Of a stretch of DNA of 32,000 nt, positions 23,677-31,528 are shown piece by piece (the first letter of the stretch is position 1; each line of letters begins with the position of its first letter). The stretch spans positions 600,001 through 632,000 of the forward strand of contig OY970322.1 of NCBI GenBank assembly GCA_963716945.1. Direction: 5' to 3'. Origin of the DNA: Candidatus Saccharimonadota bacterium (GTDB taxonomy: Bacteria; Patescibacteriota; Saccharimonadia; Saccharimonadales; UBA4665). Position numbers and translations under genes: made by a program. The notes under the pieces were generated by a model that ran no database searches, was not told where the DNA came from, and saw only the letters and a program-made list of their open reading frames with translations.

Positions 23677-24662
23677 GCCACCGCCCGGTCGGCAATGCTG
23701 CCGCTGGTACGGCTGGAACGGAGCACGATAGCCCGCGCAATGCCATTAATAATCAATGTCAGGACGAACAGTACCAAGCCGGCCGCGATTAGCGCTGAGA
23801 CATGCAGGCTGCCCGGGCTGGCCTCGCCGAACTCGTTGGCGATGACGGCCGCCAAGGTGTAGCCCTGGTTGAATATCTGGTGGCCGATCGTCGGCGCGCT
23901 GCCGATAACCAGCGTTACGGCAATCGTTTCGCCGACGGCCCGGCCGAGGCCCAGCATGGCGGCGCTGATGATACCGGCCCGGGCGTGCGGCAGGACAGAC
24001 AAACGCATCATTTCCCACCTAGTAGCGCCCAGCGCCAGGGCGCCTTCCTTCTCCTGGACCGGTACGGTCGCCAAGACTTCGCGCGAAACCGCCGAAACAA
24101 TCGGGATAATCATAATCGCCAGGATTAAACCGGCAATGAAATAGTTCGGCCCCGTGACCGGCCCGCCGACGAACGGCAAGAAAGAAAAAGTATTAGAGAA
24201 CCACTGCTCGGCCGGCTTCAGGTCGGGTATCAGGACGAAGACGCCCCATAGCCCGTAAACGACCGATGGAATAGCGGCCAATAGATCCAGCAACAGTGCC
24301 AGCAGGCCTTTTAGCCGCCGCGGTGCCAATTCGGTGACGTACAATGCTGCCGCCACGGCTACCGGTATACCGATTACCAGCGCCACCGCCGAAGTAATCA
24401 AGGTGCCGGCCACCAGCGGCCAAGCCCCGAAGATGTTGCGCGAAACATCCCAGTTATTGGTAAAAATAAAACCGAATATCCCGAAACGCGACAGGGCCGG
24501 CTCGGCCGCAATCGCCAGCCGGACGAAGAAATAGCAGACAATCGCCAGAACGATGACCGCCAGAGCCCGCAAGCCGCCCCGGAGGGCGGCGTCAACGCGC
24601 AGCGCACCCTCGGTATCGGGGTGCGCTTGGCTTAAGGAGGGCGTTTTTGTTCCGGTTTTCAT
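23673..24662 (-). CDS. pstC: Phosphate ABC transporter permease
   Basis: 329 aa, EGALALGATRWEMM loop. 4-nt overlap with pstA. Confidence 0.9.
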   Translation of the reverse strand: MKTGTKTPSLSQAHPDTEGALRVDAALRGGLRALAVIVLAIVCYFFVRLAIAAEPALSRFGIFGFIFTNNWDVSRNIFGAWPLVAGTLITSAVALVIGIPVAVAAALYVTELAPRRLKGLLALLLDLLAAIPSVVYGLWGVFVLIPDLKPAEQWFSNTFSFLPFVGGPVTGPNYFIAGLILAIMIIPIVSAVSREVLATVPVQEKEGALALGATRWEMMRLSVLPHARAGIISAAMLGLGRAVGETIAVTLVIGSAPTIGHQIFNQGYTLAAVIANEFGEASPGSLHVSALIAAGLVLFVLTLIINGIARAIVLRSSRTSGSIADRAVA

Positions 24663-24669
24663 TTACGGT

Positions 24670-25797
24670 TTAGCTGGCGATTTTGGTACCGTTGCAGGTC
24701 ATCGTGCCGACCATGGCCTGGGCCTTGGTCAGGAGCGTTGACGGCAGCGGCGCGTACTCCAGTTTCTTCATGCTTTGCTGGCCGGGACCGAGAACGTAGT
24801 TCAGCCAACCGGACAGGGCCTGGGCTTCCTGGCTGGTCTTAACTTCGTTAGCCTTGCAAGTATCCTGGTAGACGGTAATGAAGGTCGCCGAAGCGATCGG
24901 GTAGGCGCCCTGGTTAGGCGAGTTGATCGCCGTGAAACGCAGGTCGCTGGGCAGGTTGGGCAAGTTCTGGCCGGCCTTGGAAGTGCTGGCTAGCGACGGG
25001 GTGACATACTGGCCGGCTTTGTCCTTGACGGCGGCCGTCGTGAAATTGTTCTGCAAGGCGTAAGCCAGCTCGACGTAGCCGATTGCGCCCTTGGTCTGGC
25101 TGGTAGTGGCGGCAACGCCCTGGTTGCCCGAAGAGCCGGTACCGGTCGGCCATTTGACGGTCTTGCCGGTACCAATCTGCTGAGCCCACTGCGGACTGGT
25201 ATCGGTCAGGAACTGGGTGAATTGTCCGGTCGTGCCGGAGCTGTCAGACCGGTAAACCGGCGCAATCTGCAGATTGGGCAGCTTGACGCCGGGATTAAGC
25301 TTGGCGATAGCCGGGTCGTTCCAGTTGGTAATGCTGCCGAGGTAAATGCTGGCAATCGTCGGCCCGTCTAGCTTAAGGCCCGACTTGATACCCGGCAAGT
25401 TGTAGGAAACGGTAACCGCACCGAAGGCTACCGGCACGTTGAGCGGCGTACCGTTGGCTTTGGCCTGGGCGACTTCGCTGTCAGCCAGCGCTACGTCGGT
25501 AGCGCCAAAGTTGACGGTGTTAGCTATGAATTGCGCTACGCCGGCACCCGAACCGACCGACTGGTAATTAATAGTGGTTTGGTATTTAGCTTTGTATTCG
25601 CTACCCAGCTGTCCGTATAACGGCGCTGCGAAGGTCGACCCGGCGCCGGTAATCGTCACGGCCTCGCTCTTAATGGCCGGCGTGTTCGACGCGGCGGTCT
25701 TAGGGGTAGTTTTATTATTACGGTGGTCGCTGGCTATTCCCAGCCCGATGGCAATCACTATTACAATGGCGATTATCGCCCCTATTGTCTTATTCAT
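24670..25797 (-). CDS. pstS: Phosphate-binding protein, membrane-anchored by an N-terminal helix (no lipobox Cys)
   Basis: GAGSTFAAPLY motif. ATG 25797 (MNKTIGAIIAIVIV...) has GGAGGG 4 nt upstream. The track start at 25839 is a TTG inside the leader repeat. Confidence 0.9.
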   Translation of the reverse strand: MNKTIGAIIAIVIVIAIGLGIASDHRNNKTTPKTAASNTPAIKSEAVTITGAGSTFAAPLYGQLGSEYKAKYQTTINYQSVGSGAGVAQFIANTVNFGATDVALADSEVAQAKANGTPLNVPVAFGAVTVSYNLPGIKSGLKLDGPTIASIYLGSITNWNDPAIAKLNPGVKLPNLQIAPVYRSDSSGTTGQFTQFLTDTSPQWAQQIGTGKTVKWPTGTGSSGNQGVAATTSQTKGAIGYVELAYALQNNFTTAAVKDKAGQYVTPSLASTSKAGQNLPNLPSDLRFTAINSPNQGAYPIASATFITVYQDTCKANEVKTSQEAQALSGWLNYVLGPGQQSMKKLEYAPLPSTLLTKAQAMVGTMTCNGTKIAS

Positions 25798-25815
25798 GTT
25801 ACCCTCCGTACAATC

Positions 25816-25837
25816 CGGCTGCTGCCCGGCTGCTGCC
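25816..25837. repeat. Perfect tandem direct repeat 2 x 11 nt (CGGCTGCTGCC) in the pstS leader
   Basis: 25816-25826 and 25827-25837 are identical. Confidence 0.8.
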
Positions 25838-25867
25838 AAATATATATTAAATTACTATTATATATAG

Positions 25868-25896
25868 AGTATATTTTCAGCAATTTTTAAAGTCAA
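25868..25896 (-). promoter_or_regulatory. Sigma70-type promoter of pstSCAB
   Basis: Gene strand: TTGACT (25896-25891), 17 nt, TATACT (25873-25868). Confidence 0.55.
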
Positions 25897-25950
25897 TATG
25901 TATTTTAGACATCAGATATACCCAGGAAACACTAGACTATTCTTACAGAT

Positions 25951-25961
25951 TGGTATATATA
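25951..25961 (+). promoter_or_regulatory. Extended -10-like promoter of the AbrB-PhoU gene (predicted leaderless)
   Basis: TGGTATATATA. A TATATA register ends 7 nt before ATG 25969. No SD. Confidence 0.4.
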
Positions 25962-25968
25962 TAAGATA

Positions 25969-26919
25969 ATGGAGAAACGCAAACTACAGGCCACCGGTGG
26001 AGCTAGCCTGACCCTAACCCTGCCCAAGGCATGGGTCAGTGATAACGGACTGCGCAGCAAGGACCAGGTACTAATCATACCTGACGGCCAGGCTTTGGTC
26101 GTCAAACCCTTATCGGCCCAGGCGTCCGAGAGCAAGATCGATATTGACGTCGATAGCTTGACCGGCGACTGGCTGGCCCGTGAATTGGTCTCGGCTTATA
26201 TCTCCGGTGCCGACAAAATAACCTTCAGGAGCAAAAAGATCTCCCCCGCCCAGCGCGCCATCATCCAAAAAGCCCTGCAGCTGCTGTTCGGCTTCGAAAT
26301 CCTCGAGGAAACCTCCAAGAAAATATATATTAAGAATATTTTTGACGACGCCAAGCTGTCGGTCCCGGAGAGCACGCAAAAGATCTTCCTGATTGCCCGG
26401 ACGATGTTCGAGGACGCGCTCAAGGCCGCCGCTAACGGCGACCAGAATTTGGCCCTGGCAATCGAACAGCGCGATCTTGAGGTCAACAAGCTTTTGTGCG
26501 TCGTCCGCCGCCAATTCTACTCCTTGCTTAAGGGCAAAACCGAGGGCAGCGTAGCCGAACTTGGCTACTATGTTGATGTCGCTATCCAGTTGGAGAGAAT
26601 CGGCGACCATGCCGTCCAGATCGCCAAGGTAGCGGCCGCCAGCAGCAAGCCGCTGTCGCCTTACGCCAACTTCCAGGACATACAAACGCAGGTCAAAGAC
26701 TTGTTTGACGACACCGACAAAGTCGTGACTACCCTGGACAAAAGCCTGGCCCACAAGATCCTCGACCAGGACGAAGCCCTCAGGCGGCTGGTCGGCGGCC
26801 CGGCAGGCGCCAAAAAGTCATCCGAAAGGCTATTGATCGAAAATAGCCTCGACCGGCTGCGCGGCTACATCATGAATATCGCCGAATTGACCATCGACTA
26901 CTCTTTCACGCGGGGCTAG
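25969..26919 (+). CDS. PhoU-family phosphate regulator with N-terminal AbrB/SpoVT-type DNA-binding domain
   Basis: 316 aa. N-terminus KLQATGGASLTLTLPKAWVSDNGLRSKDQVLIIPDG is a swapped-hairpin AbrB-like pattern. Then two PhoU helical repeats including LERIGDHAVQIA. Confidence 0.8.
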   Translation: MEKRKLQATGGASLTLTLPKAWVSDNGLRSKDQVLIIPDGQALVVKPLSAQASESKIDIDVDSLTGDWLARELVSAYISGADKITFRSKKISPAQRAIIQKALQLLFGFEILEETSKKIYIKNIFDDAKLSVPESTQKIFLIARTMFEDALKAAANGDQNLALAIEQRDLEVNKLLCVVRRQFYSLLKGKTEGSVAELGYYVDVAIQLERIGDHAVQIAKVAAASSKPLSPYANFQDIQTQVKDLFDDTDKVVTTLDKSLAHKILDQDEALRRLVGGPAGAKKSSERLLIENSLDRLRGYIMNIAELTIDYSFTRG

Positions 26920-27751
26920 GGCGCCCCGTCCGGCCGGGCTTGGCGGTAACCGTAGCGTCTGGCGGTACCAGATAATTGACCAGGCGCTCCCACGAGGCTT
27001 GCAGCAGGCTTACGTCGGGACGGCCGAACTCGGCCAGCCGGCCGGTTGGGCAGCCGCTGTCTTCTGTCATCAGACTGTGCAGATAATCCCGGGTTTCGGC
27101 GGTGAAAGTCACGGCTGGCTCGTCCTGGCGTTCGTCCAGCGTATAGTGGGCGTCGCCTGCATAAGGCGCGCCCAGGTAGTCAAAGGCCTTGCCGGAAAGG
27201 CCCTTTTCGACGCCGGCTATCATTAATAAACCCCGGCTGCGGCCTATAACCTCGGCCGGATTCTGCCCGGCCATTTCCCGCCGCTGCAAAAAGCCCAGCG
27301 CGCCGCCGGCGACGACCGAAGTATCGAAAAACGGCGCCAGGCAGAGAGCCGATATGTACTTGGTGTCATCAGGGTTAGTCAGTTCGCCGAGAATAGACCG
27401 GGCCAGCGGCGCCAGGCTTTGATTCTTAGTATAAAAATGCCTAAAAATATCCGAGTGGACAGCTACTCCGATAACGTATTCGCCAAAATGGACCGCCACT
27501 TTGCGGCGGGTAGCGACTTCGCGCGGCAGCCGGGCTTCTACTTCCGGCTGGGTCAGTATACCCAGCGTCGAATCAACGACCAGCTTGACCGCCGGCACGT
27601 ATAAAGCCTCGGCTTGTCCCTTCTCTAGCACGCCCTGGAACAGTTCCGGCGCCATAGCCGTATATTCTTCTGACTGGCCAACAAAAGCCTGGGCGGCGGG
27701 CATAATGCCAGCCCTCACCTCTGCTTCCGAAATCATAACCGCACTTACCAT
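26906..27751 (-). CDS. Hypothetical protein
   Basis: 281-aa ORF. Conserved leaderless-type promoter. 14-nt convergent overlap with the PhoU-like gene. Confidence 0.6.
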   Translation of the reverse strand: MVSAVMISEAEVRAGIMPAAQAFVGQSEEYTAMAPELFQGVLEKGQAEALYVPAVKLVVDSTLGILTQPEVEARLPREVATRRKVAVHFGEYVIGVAVHSDIFRHFYTKNQSLAPLARSILGELTNPDDTKYISALCLAPFFDTSVVAGGALGFLQRREMAGQNPAEVIGRSRGLLMIAGVEKGLSGKAFDYLGAPYAGDAHYTLDERQDEPAVTFTAETRDYLHSLMTEDSGCPTGRLAEFGRPDVSLLQASWERLVNYLVPPDATVTAKPGRTGRPSPA

Positions 27752-27758
27752 AAAATAT

Positions 27759-27787
27759 AAAATAACACAAAAAGGTATGTCTGTAAA
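27759..27787 (-). promoter_or_regulatory. Promoter TTTACA-17 nt-(TGTGT)TATTTT-7 nt-ATG
   Basis: Gene strand: cTTTACAgacatacctttttgtgtTATTTTatattttATG. Confidence 0.5.
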
Positions 27788-27855
27788 GCAGGCCTAACCG
27801 GGCGCGCAACCGATTTGGAGTTTGTCCGGGCGTACGCTAGCATAAGCGTGAAGCC

Positions 27856-28443
27856 ATGACTAATAGCAGACTCTTCCTTTTCGGCGTTTTGTTGGCGGCT
27901 ATAGTTTATTTGTTTAACTCGGCTATTGCCCGAGGCTTCAAAAAAATCCAGCCGGCCCGGGCGCTTTTATATATGTCGACGGTCGCCATGATCGGCGTCT
28001 TCGGCGAGGTATTCGTCGATACCATATACAAGCACCTTTTCCATACTCCGCTCTGGCGCTACAATGTCCTGCCGATCCACCATGCCTATACCTCTTATTA
28101 CGCGGCCGTCCTATGGGGAATCTATGGCTTTTACCTGTACTTGCTGCATGACAGCCTGGGCAAGTGGTCGGTTAGCCGGGAGCGCCATCTGGCGCTCATC
28201 TTCTCTGTCGAGGCACTGGTTATGGAGGCTTCGGCCGAGCTGGCTTCCAGGGTGGTGCTTGGCAAGTACGTTTATTACTATTATCCTGGCGGCTTATGGC
28301 ATATTTCGGCTTTCCAGAATTTCCCGTTCTACCTTCTCTGCGGCTTCCTGATCGTCAAAACGATTAAGCGTTTCAGGGCCGACCCGGTCTTTTTCACCGT
28401 TATCAACGTTTGGCTTATCGCCATTCTGCTCTTTTTCGTATAA
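27856..28443 (+). CDS. Hypothetical membrane protein (about 5 TM helices); faint resemblance to the 'putative ABC-transporter type IV' (CmpB-like) family
   Basis: 195 aa. GEVFVDTIYKHLFHTPLWRYN motif. Confidence 0.55.
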   Translation: MTNSRLFLFGVLLAAIVYLFNSAIARGFKKIQPARALLYMSTVAMIGVFGEVFVDTIYKHLFHTPLWRYNVLPIHHAYTSYYAAVLWGIYGFYLYLLHDSLGKWSVSRERHLALIFSVEALVMEASAELASRVVLGKYVYYYYPGGLWHISAFQNFPFYLLCGFLIVKTIKRFRADPVFFTVINVWLIAILLFFV

Positions 28444-28559
28444 CCGCCCCTTAATAATTAAATACCGGCGCCTCTATGAAGCTTCGCCGAAGCCCACTCG
28501 GTATAGGGGCCGATTAAGCTTCTGAAGTCCGGACTGCCTATAGGTCCCGGCATGCGTAG

Positions 28560-29237
28560 TTATACCCTGCTAATCTCGGTTGCCGCTTGGGCGCAGGCCC
28601 TTCTGCGGGCGCCAAGTTTGTGGGCAGCCAGGCCGACCGCCAAACCGGCGGTGTGTGAAACGGCATCCAGTTTACCGCCCTGGCTGCCTTCGTAGAGGGG
28701 CAATCCTAGCGCCACGGTGCCCGCGAAGGCTCCGGCAGCCGCCAGCCAGCGCCGGCCCTTGTCTTTACTGGCCCCTGCTCTGTCCAGTAGGAATTTGGTG
28801 AACCAGGCGACGCCGATGGCCGAAAAACCGACGTCTTCTTGCGCCTTTTCCGCATGGGTAAGCCAACCAGAGCGGTCAGCCAAGGCGTCGGCACTGTCGC
28901 TTGCGACTATAGCCCCGGCGGCCGTGCCGATTAAGCCGGCCGGCCGGCTAGTACTGCGGGCGCTTTCGAAACTGATAACCGTGGTGGTGATTTGGGCGGC
29001 AACGTTAGCTGTCCGGCCGTAATCGCCAAGGCTGGGCGCGGGCAGGATGGAGAGTACGGACCGCTTGGCTTGCTTCAATAATGGGTCGTCGGCGTGGACT
29101 ACAAGGGCTTCTCTATCAACCGTGTTTGCTAAAACCATAGTTGTGACTGCTACGGCCGTGGTGGCGTAGGCGCGTTCGCAGACTGCTTTAACTTGTTGCA
29201 AGCGGCCTATATCTGGGGATTCTCCAGGGCCCGGCAT
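28560..29237 (-). CDS. Hypothetical protein with hydrophobic Ala/Gly-rich segments
   Basis: 225-aa ORF with the conserved leaderless-type promoter. Confidence 0.6.
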   Translation of the reverse strand: MPGPGESPDIGRLQQVKAVCERAYATTAVAVTTMVLANTVDREALVVHADDPLLKQAKRSVLSILPAPSLGDYGRTANVAAQITTTVISFESARSTSRPAGLIGTAAGAIVASDSADALADRSGWLTHAEKAQEDVGFSAIGVAWFTKFLLDRAGASKDKGRRWLAAAGAFAGTVALGLPLYEGSQGGKLDAVSHTAGLAVGLAAHKLGARRRACAQAATEISRV

Positions 29238-29244
29238 AAAACTA

Positions 29245-29274
29245 AAAATACCACAAAAACTACCGTTTTACAAA
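29245..29274 (-). promoter_or_regulatory. Promoter TTTGTA-18 nt-(TGTGG)TATTTT-7 nt-ATG
   Basis: Gene strand: TTTGTAaaacggtagtttttgtggTATTTTtagttttATG. Confidence 0.5.
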
Positions 29275-29284
29275 CATGGCTTTC

Positions 29285-30679
29285 TTAACTGGCGGGAACG
29301 GCGCAGGCTACGTCCATATCTAGGGCGCTTCCGTCAGTGGCTGAGCCGTTATATTGCACCAGTTCCACCGTGCCGCCATCGGGGCCGACAGTATCACAGG
29401 ACGGTTCGGCCGCGGCCGCCGAGTCCTCGCCGGTAGCCAGCCAGATAGGCTCATCGGTTTGTAAGCCATCTAAGACCGTGTTCTCGAAGTCCGGGTTTTC
29501 GTACAACAGGCTGTCGGCCGCGCCGTCGGCAATTAAAGTGTCTTGGGCGCCTTGCAGGCTGGATTCGTTTTCGGCGGCCTGTTCGCTATCGGCCTGGCCG
29601 CCCGAACCGGTGGCCCAGGTATTGTCGGTTTCGCCGTCTCTGAATACCCGTTTGCCGGTAATACTGATGCCCAAACTGCTGACGGCTCCAACCACATAAG
29701 ATACGTTGCCGGCTCCATAATCGTAAGCGTCGCAGACCGAGTCGCCGGGGGCGCAAACTTTAGGCGTGTTGGTATCGAGGTGTGAAGACCCGCTATACCA
29801 GCCGGTGTTGATATAGTAATCTACCGTAACGCCGGCCGCCGTCAGCGCTGACACCTCGGCGGATAAACAAGGATTAACCGAATAGCCCAAGCCGTCTTCC
29901 AGGTCGACCATGGCATAACTGATAGCTGGGATGACGCCCTCTATGGTCGTATCGCTGTTGCCTGGCCCGTCACATTGGTAAGGGCCGACGTCAGCGCCGA
30001 TATTGCCCGGCGCGAACGGGTTTGCCGTGCCTCCGCCGCCACCGCTTCCGCCCGTACCTCCGCCGCCAGTTCCGCCGGTCCCACCGCCACTGCCGCCACC
30101 GCTTCCTGTGCCTGTCGATCCGCCACCGGTACTGCCAGAACCGCTGCCGGTCTGGCTGCCGCCGGCCGGTGCCGGCGAAGTCGGAGTCTCTTCCGCGACT
30201 TCGGTAAAAACGAAATGATTATTATGGCGCGTGGCTTTCAGAATCCTCTTTACGGCCGGCTTAATTTGGCCGCCCGCCGGTTCTTCGGGTTCAACTTCGA
30301 CGGGTTTATCTTCGTTACAGTCGCCGAGCGCTTCTTGAGAGTTGGCTTTGGCCTTAATAGCACGATGGACTTTTCTGGCGCCATCCTTACAGACTTCAAC
30401 CAAAGTAAAAGTCTGATTATTAGGTATAACGGCTCCGCTTTCGGAACTCCTAACTATTACCTTGCCGTACTCTTGGACTTGGGGCGTCCGGCTCATGGTA
30501 GCTATTTCGTGAGGCGTGCTGGCATCTGCTGCAGCTAAATCAGGCGTAAATACTAAAGCTTCGGTGGCAGCCAGCGGGGTAATAATAGCCATGCCCGACA
30601 TTACGGTAGCGCTTGCTGCGCGGGCGTGCTTGATCAAGTTGCCGGCAAAAGCGGCCGGGTAAGGTCCAGTTTCGCTCAT
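29285..30679 (-). CDS. Secreted/anchored protein: N-terminal domain, 46-aa Gly/Ser/Thr linker, Cys-containing C-terminal domain (possibly GH25/DUF1906-like hydrolase)
   Basis: 464 aa. Hydrophobic N-terminal segment. Linker at aa 172-217 (nt 30026-30166). C-terminal strings GADVGPYQ, VDLEDG, IWLATG, VELVQYNGS...LDMDV resemble GH25 landmarks, but the spacing is atypical. Confidence 0.65.
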   Translation of the reverse strand: MSETGPYPAAFAGNLIKHARAASATVMSGMAIITPLAATEALVFTPDLAAADASTPHEIATMSRTPQVQEYGKVIVRSSESGAVIPNNQTFTLVEVCKDGARKVHRAIKAKANSQEALGDCNEDKPVEVEPEEPAGGQIKPAVKRILKATRHNNHFVFTEVAEETPTSPAPAGGSQTGSGSGSTGGGSTGTGSGGGSGGGTGGTGGGGTGGSGGGGGTANPFAPGNIGADVGPYQCDGPGNSDTTIEGVIPAISYAMVDLEDGLGYSVNPCLSAEVSALTAAGVTVDYYINTGWYSGSSHLDTNTPKVCAPGDSVCDAYDYGAGNVSYVVGAVSSLGISITGKRVFRDGETDNTWATGSGGQADSEQAAENESSLQGAQDTLIADGAADSLLYENPDFENTVLDGLQTDEPIWLATGEDSAAAAEPSCDTVGPDGGTVELVQYNGSATDGSALDMDVACAVPAS

Positions 30680-30775
30680 ATGATCGATGTCCTCATTAGG
30701 CTACTATAATTTAACATAAAAACGCATGTTTGTATAGTTTTTACATCTCTGTTGATGCTCCTCAATATCACGGTT

Positions 30776-31465
30776 TTAACGAATGTCGTTTGACGGATTA
30801 CGAAGACTTACTTGTACCGAAGCGATTAGTTTAGCTGCCCCTCTATCGGTTAAGAAGAAGTCGATCGGCCGCGCATCCGGTTTAATCGAAGCGACTACTT
30901 CAAACGGAGCATGTTCGACATATCTATCCCGGTCAAAACGAAACCTTTCATAGTCATATTGAACGATAACCGGGGCGACGGGAGACTCGCTGCTAGGATA
31001 TACGGCAAACCCGCACTCTTCTAGCCGGCGTTCCGGGCGGCGTTTGCGGCCTTGGTTGACGTAAGCCGGAGTATGGCTATCAAAGCGGAAATGGAGTACC
31101 GGTCCTAGAGGAGTCGACCCTACGCCTTCAAGCGGTTCGCCGGAAGCCTCTCGGTTATATGTGCTGCCTTTCGGGGTAAGTGTTCTGAGAGCGCTCCAGT
31201 GTTCATCGGAAAGTATAGGTACGGCTAGTTCCTGCTCAAGCTCCGCCGCTTCTTGTAATGCTTGCTCGTCCCCCAGAATGCGGCCGACACTGCGGAGTGC
31301 GAGCACCTTATCAGGAGCAGGCTCAAGCGACGTGGCCATAACTCTGAGTACTTGGGCCAAGTCAGGGTTTTCGGCAATAGCTAACTCCCCTAGGCCAATG
31401 AGTTTAGCCGAGAAAGGCTGGCTGGCGGCCTCCAATTCGCCAAGTCTTGCATCCAAACTGCTCAT
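30776..31465 (-). CDS. Hypothetical protein
   Basis: 229 aa from ATG 31465 (MSSLDARLGELE...). The track start at 31501 falls inside the -35 element of the conserved promoter. Confidence 0.6.
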   Translation of the reverse strand: MSSLDARLGELEAASQPFSAKLIGLGELAIAENPDLAQVLRVMATSLEPAPDKVLALRSVGRILGDEQALQEAAELEQELAVPILSDEHWSALRTLTPKGSTYNREASGEPLEGVGSTPLGPVLHFRFDSHTPAYVNQGRKRRPERRLEECGFAVYPSSESPVAPVIVQYDYERFRFDRDRYVEHAPFEVVASIKPDARPIDFFLTDRGAAKLIASVQVSLRNPSNDIR

Positions 31466-31472
31466 AATATAT

Positions 31473-31501
31473 AAAATACCACAAAACCTGCTATTTGACA
31501 A
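31473..31501 (-). promoter_or_regulatory. Promoter TTGTCA-17 nt-(TGTGG)TATTTT-7 nt-ATG
   Basis: Gene strand: TTGTCAaatagcaggttttgtggTATTTTatatattATG. Confidence 0.5.
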
Positions 31502-31528
31502 GTATATTACTTCCGAGTATCGGCCAGA

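Noticed and set aside
28560-29237. SHTAGLAVGLAA resembles the rhomboid TM6 AHxGGxxxG motif
   Set aside because: No GxSG serine motif sits in a preceding helix, no WR/HxxxN elements are present, and the protein is too short for six TM helices.
30026-30166. Repetitive GGN-rich DNA (ggcgg/ccgcc periodicity)
   Set aside because: It is in frame and encodes the Gly/Ser/Thr linker of 29285-30679. There is no repeat-spacer organisation, so it is not a CRISPR array or a satellite.
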